From positions 1-64,000 of the forward strand of contig NIVC01003824.1 in the NCBI GenBank assembly GCA_002269645.1: 64,000 bases of DNA, in the 5' to 3' direction. The stretch is from Macrostomum lignano. Its lineage: Eukaryota. The position numbers were made by a program, and so were the translations under genes. A model generated the notes under the pieces. That model did no database searches and had not been told where the DNA came from. It was given only the letters and a program-made list of their open reading frames with translations. Below are positions 60,039 to 64,000 of the stretch, piece after piece; the first letter of the stretch is position 1, and every line of letters starts with the position of its first letter.

Positions 60039-60791
60039 TCAAGCGTCATTGAACCGAACGCACTCAAAGATGGCCATCGAAGTCCTCTCTCCTTCAAAGT
60101 CAAGCCCGTTTGCTTTCTCTTGCGTTTGCCAACCGTAATGCCTAGCTATGGCTACCAGAGCCTCGACAATGCCCATTTTAATAGAAAATCCGATCAGGAC
60201 TTTCCCGCCAGGCGACACTAGTTGGCTGGCCTGATCAAACAGTTTGTGCAGGCAGGCGTAGTTCGGATCGCGAATGGCGCGTTCGGTCATTGTCAGCTGA
60301 CCGATCGACTTGTCTGTGTGATGAAACGGATAGTTCCAGAAGACGCAGTCAAACTTCTCGACTTCTCCCGCGTCAACGAAGGCGTCCATGACGTCACTCT
60401 GGGTGACCTTCACCCTGTCAGTGAGTCGGTGACGCTTCAGATTCTCCAGCGTGTTCTCCAACGCACTCTGACTGATGTCGACGGCAAATATGCGAAGCCG
60501 AGGCCGATTCTGAGCCACCAGAACTGCCACGCAACCGCAGCCGCTGCCGATTTCAAGAAAGGTGCCAGAGTCCGGCAGGAACTCGCACAGCTTGTTGCAC
60601 AAAAATTTCGACCCAATGAAAATTGATGGCGAGAAAACGCCAGGATGAACGGCGAACTCGCGACCTTCAAGAATCACTGTGTCAGTTGAGTTCATGGTCT
60701 CATTTTGGTCAATTTTTTCATTTGTTCTTTGCGTGAATTCATCCTTTATTTTCCATTCTGGTTTCCAGAACTCCTTTGCCCTTGATTCCAT
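60039..60791 (-). CDS. class I SAM-dependent methyltransferase, HemK/PrmC-like, intronless
   Basis: FAVHPGVFSP, motif I FLEIGSGCG, AVDISQSALENT, VTQSDV, motif IV FDCVFWNYPF, LVSPGGKVLI; intact 250-aa ORF. Confidence 0.88.
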   Translation of the reverse strand: MESRAKEFWKPEWKIKDEFTQRTNEKIDQNETMNSTDTVILEGREFAVHPGVFSPSIFIGSKFLCNKLCEFLPDSGTFLEIGSGCGCVAVLVAQNRPRLRIFAVDISQSALENTLENLKRHRLTDRVKVTQSDVMDAFVDAGEVEKFDCVFWNYPFHHTDKSIGQLTMTERAIRDPNYACLHKLFDQASQLVSPGGKVLIGFSIKMGIVEALVAIARHYGWQTQEKANGLDFEGERTSMAIFECVRFNDA

Positions 60792-62824
60792 CTTAGCGGC
60801 ATGAATTTTATATGATCAATTTGACAAACTTGCAGTGAAATCTTTCAATTTAATGGATTTTAAGCCCTATTATCAACTAATAATTGCCACTTTTAGCTTA
60901 TCGAAATACTCAGTAAAAATTTTTTAAAGTATATTAGCTAAACATCTTAATAGGGCCTAGAATTCCTAACAAAACAGACTAAGTCCCAAAACTTGACTAT
61001 TGGCTTCATAGATTAATGTTATCTAAAAGTGTAATTTAATATTATAGATTAGTGGTCTATCTTTTAAGCCTAATTTATACTTTAATTGCATAGTTTTTTT
61101 CATACCTGATTTTAATATTACTTGCTAGTAAGACATGTTAAAAGTTTATACCATTGCAATCTTCTTAAAAGGGACATATTTTATATGCTTAAGTTTAAAT
61201 TTAAAACTTAAAGTAGGATTAATTACATGGAAATTAATTTGAACCTATAAATATATATTAAATATGAGCTAGAGATCCCAATCTTTTCTATTCTATGTCA
61301 TATACTGTTAAGCATCAAAGTCAATAGAAAATATAAATAATACATTTTATAATTTAGTTTACTTATGCAACTTTTATTTTACTAAGAGTAGCTTTTTGGT
61401 AAATTAATAAAACCAGGTATAGCATAGGGCTGCAAAATTTTTCAAATAGAACAATTCTATAAAATATGCACAGAGAAAATATTATACATAAAATATCAAA
61501 CAAGTGGAAAATAACAAGCCTATTAACTTAGGCCAAGACACACAAAATAGGCCCCTTTTTAAAACAGGACATAAATTAGGTTAACCATTAGCTATAATTC
61601 TGTAAGGCAACTAAATTCCATTATAGATTCAGTATCATAATAATAACAATCATTCATAGTAATAATTCTGTCATTAGAATATTTTTATTGCCAAGAATAA
61701 CTAGCGAGATTGAAAAAAACGAATTGTAGAAGCGTCAAAATTAAAAAAGGAGACTTTCGGGAGTATCATTCATTAGCGCTCGTGTGGTTTATGCCCACAA
61801 CTATAACTATTGAGTGGTTAACTCAGCCTTCAGGGAAGATAAAGCTAAAGCAAAATGACTATAGGCTTTAGCTATTATTTGTTGTTTTAAGTGCTATGTT
61901 ATGTACTCGTACTTCGAGTTAAAGTCAATGAATTCGTGTAATATTGCACTCACGCTCACACTTGAAGTCCATTGGCTCGTCAAATGGTCTATTATGGTGA
62001 ATGCCGAATGGACATTGTAAAAAATTCAGAAATAATCTTGAAATAGGAAACTTTGTTACAAAGTCAAATTTAATTGAAAGTTAATGCAAAATTTTGTTAA
62101 TAAACGTTATAACAAAAATTTCAACGTGAATTCGCAAGAAATGTGAGAGCTGCAAACTTATTTTTTATTTTTTATTCTAACTGTATATACTCTTACTGTT
62201 ATGAGTTTTTGGTGACGACACTTGGTACTTTGTACTGCGTTGCATGTACATCGCCCTCAGTAATCATCACCGATCGATGCTCTCACCTATCAAATCAATC
62301 ACCAATAAGATTCAGATATATGTACTAATAGTTTGCGTGATCTAGCTATACTCGATTTATATAATACAATTTATATCATATAAACGTAAATGACTTGTAA
62401 ATACATTAGGGCCTGTCAACCACACTTATAAGCTCATAAAAATGGAGCCCGAGCCGCTTATGTACACAAATGATACATCATTCTGCTCACAGTGATACCA
62501 GAAAGCTGGGTTTGGCAAAAACCGACAAAATTTGGACTTGGAATAAGGGAGAATAAGCAAGGGGATAATTAGGGACCACATTAATTTTATGAGCTAATTT
62601 TAGTTTATTTATGTATTCCCAACAATGAGGCAGCTCTCCTACACAACTCGCCCTGAGCCAGCAGGAAGCAAGGACCACTAGAAGTTACCGTTGTTTTTTT
62701 ATTTTTTTTGTAACTTCTAGTTCTCCTTAATGGCAATTGGCATGAAGCTGCGCGGACCACAATTGTAGGAGTTGACATCCTGCATGGCCACTCCTGTACC
62801 ACTGCATCGCAGCCTCGACCAACC

Positions 62825-64000
62825 TGCAGGGTGCAGGTGGCAAACTTCGTGAAACCGGTTATCATCCTACATGTACTTCAAGAGCCCTGGACGAAGAAAG
62901 GAAACACCAAAGAAGCCATATTCGTGTCTACCCATCTCAAAACCTTGCACAGACCGGACCTCTCTCTCTGCAGAGACGTCTGTGTCATTCAATCCAACGA
63001 CATTATCACCAACCGCACGGTCCTCATCGCCTCGATTCGTATCCCTGGTGATGGCCCCACGGTTCCACCCAACCTCACCTCCCTCTTGAACTACCGTAGG
63101 TGTAGCCATCATGTTCACCAGCCGCCGGAGGATCGAACCTCTCTCCCTCTATGGGCAAACCCGTTGCCATGGAGAAGCAAACCAGATGTCTGGGCGTCAC
63201 CCTCGACCACAAGTTGAGCTCAACGCGTCCAAACCAAAGCCCGCAAAGCTCTCTTGACTCTCGCGCAGATCCGCAGAGCTTTCGACGCTACCTGGGGCCT
63301 CATCCTCACCGCCTCTAGTGGAGTTACACTGCCATATTGAGAACGGCCATCTCCTTCGCCGGCTTCATCTGGAACAGTGCCCTAGAGGTGAATGGGATTA
63401 TTGAAGCTCTTAACAGGATGCAAGGCCGCGATCGTCGAGCTATCATGAACGAGACTCCCTCTACGCACTTTGATGGCATGAACTCCTTCCTGGACATTCC
63501 CCCCTTGACCTCTTTGTCGGAGGGGAGGCTATGAAGACCACACGCCGTCTACTTGCCGCGGGTGTCCTCAACCAGAAGCAGTTCGTCTTCAGAAAGCGGA
63601 ACCCCCGGCCGCACGGCGACCTCAGCCTGCGAGACCTGGAAGCAGCGGGAGGCCTGCTGGTCCTTTTGCTCCCGTCCCGTTTACGCTCTGCCATCTGATC
63701 AAATTCAAAACCAGCATTCCACCACGTCATGAAGCAAGGGACAAATGGAAACCCCATGAAATCCACTGTTTCACTGAGGGGTCCCAAATCAACTCTGCCT
63801 CTGGCTTCGGCTACTGCATCGTGTCTGGAGGGAGAACCGTGGAAGCCTTCTCCCAGCACACCGGCACCTGCTCCACCGTCTTTCAGACCGAAGTTCTCAC
63901 CATCAGCTCCTGCGCCTCTGGGGAAGGAGATTATCCTCCACTCGATACCTTCCACTCGATCCACGCCCTTGAGCGCACCACCACCTGCTCGAGTACAGTC
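62825..64000 (+). mobile_element. degenerate, internally deleted LINE with endonuclease, RT-end and RNase H fragments (I/Nimb/LOA-like); runs off the window
   Basis: LQEPW...LSLCRDVCVI...VLIASI (APE); PWRSKPDV.GVTLDHKLS (RT end, frameshifted); IHCFTEGSQ...SGFGYC...STVFQTEVLTI (RNase H). Confidence 0.8.

Overview
Eukaryotic (metazoan) genomic DNA, not prokaryotic. GC-rich exons, introns filled with tandem arrays and abundant (TCTG)n suggest a free-living flatworm such as Macrostomum; this organism call is an inference. Nine protein-coding genes were reconstructed by hand with phase-consistent GT-AG junctions: fucose mutarotase (FUOM, 2 exons), intronless glucose-6-phosphatase, intronless FABP, a PB1-domain MAP2K5/MEK5-like kinase (6 exons), TIMMDC1 (2 exons), a secreted PAN-like + ALK/LTK-type glycine-rich protein (4 exons), an SLC5/SMCT-type sodium:solute symporter (9 exons, minus strand), a secreted C-type lectin + PAN-like protein and an intronless bacterial-looking HemK-like methyltransferase. 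The first ~13 kb is decayed retroelements (Gypsy, non-LTR RT, SINEs, a solo LTR). Several MITEs with TSDs, a mariner remnant and more than 20 tandem arrays are present. Almost all long ORFs in the supplied track over repeats are artefacts. The most notable signals are: (1) sharply bounded 0.8-2.2 kb CpG-void domains just downstream of three putative transcription starts, one covering a whole coding exon; (2) two probable SL-trans-spliced operons (FUOM-G6PC, MAP2K5-TIMMDC1), where only the lead gene carries the CpG void; (3) a G6Pase whose conserved N-terminus has no genomic ATG but follows an in-frame splice acceptor, consistent with a spliced-leader-supplied AUG; (4) a candidate horizontally acquired methyltransferase. 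All counts were made by eye, and no database searches were run.
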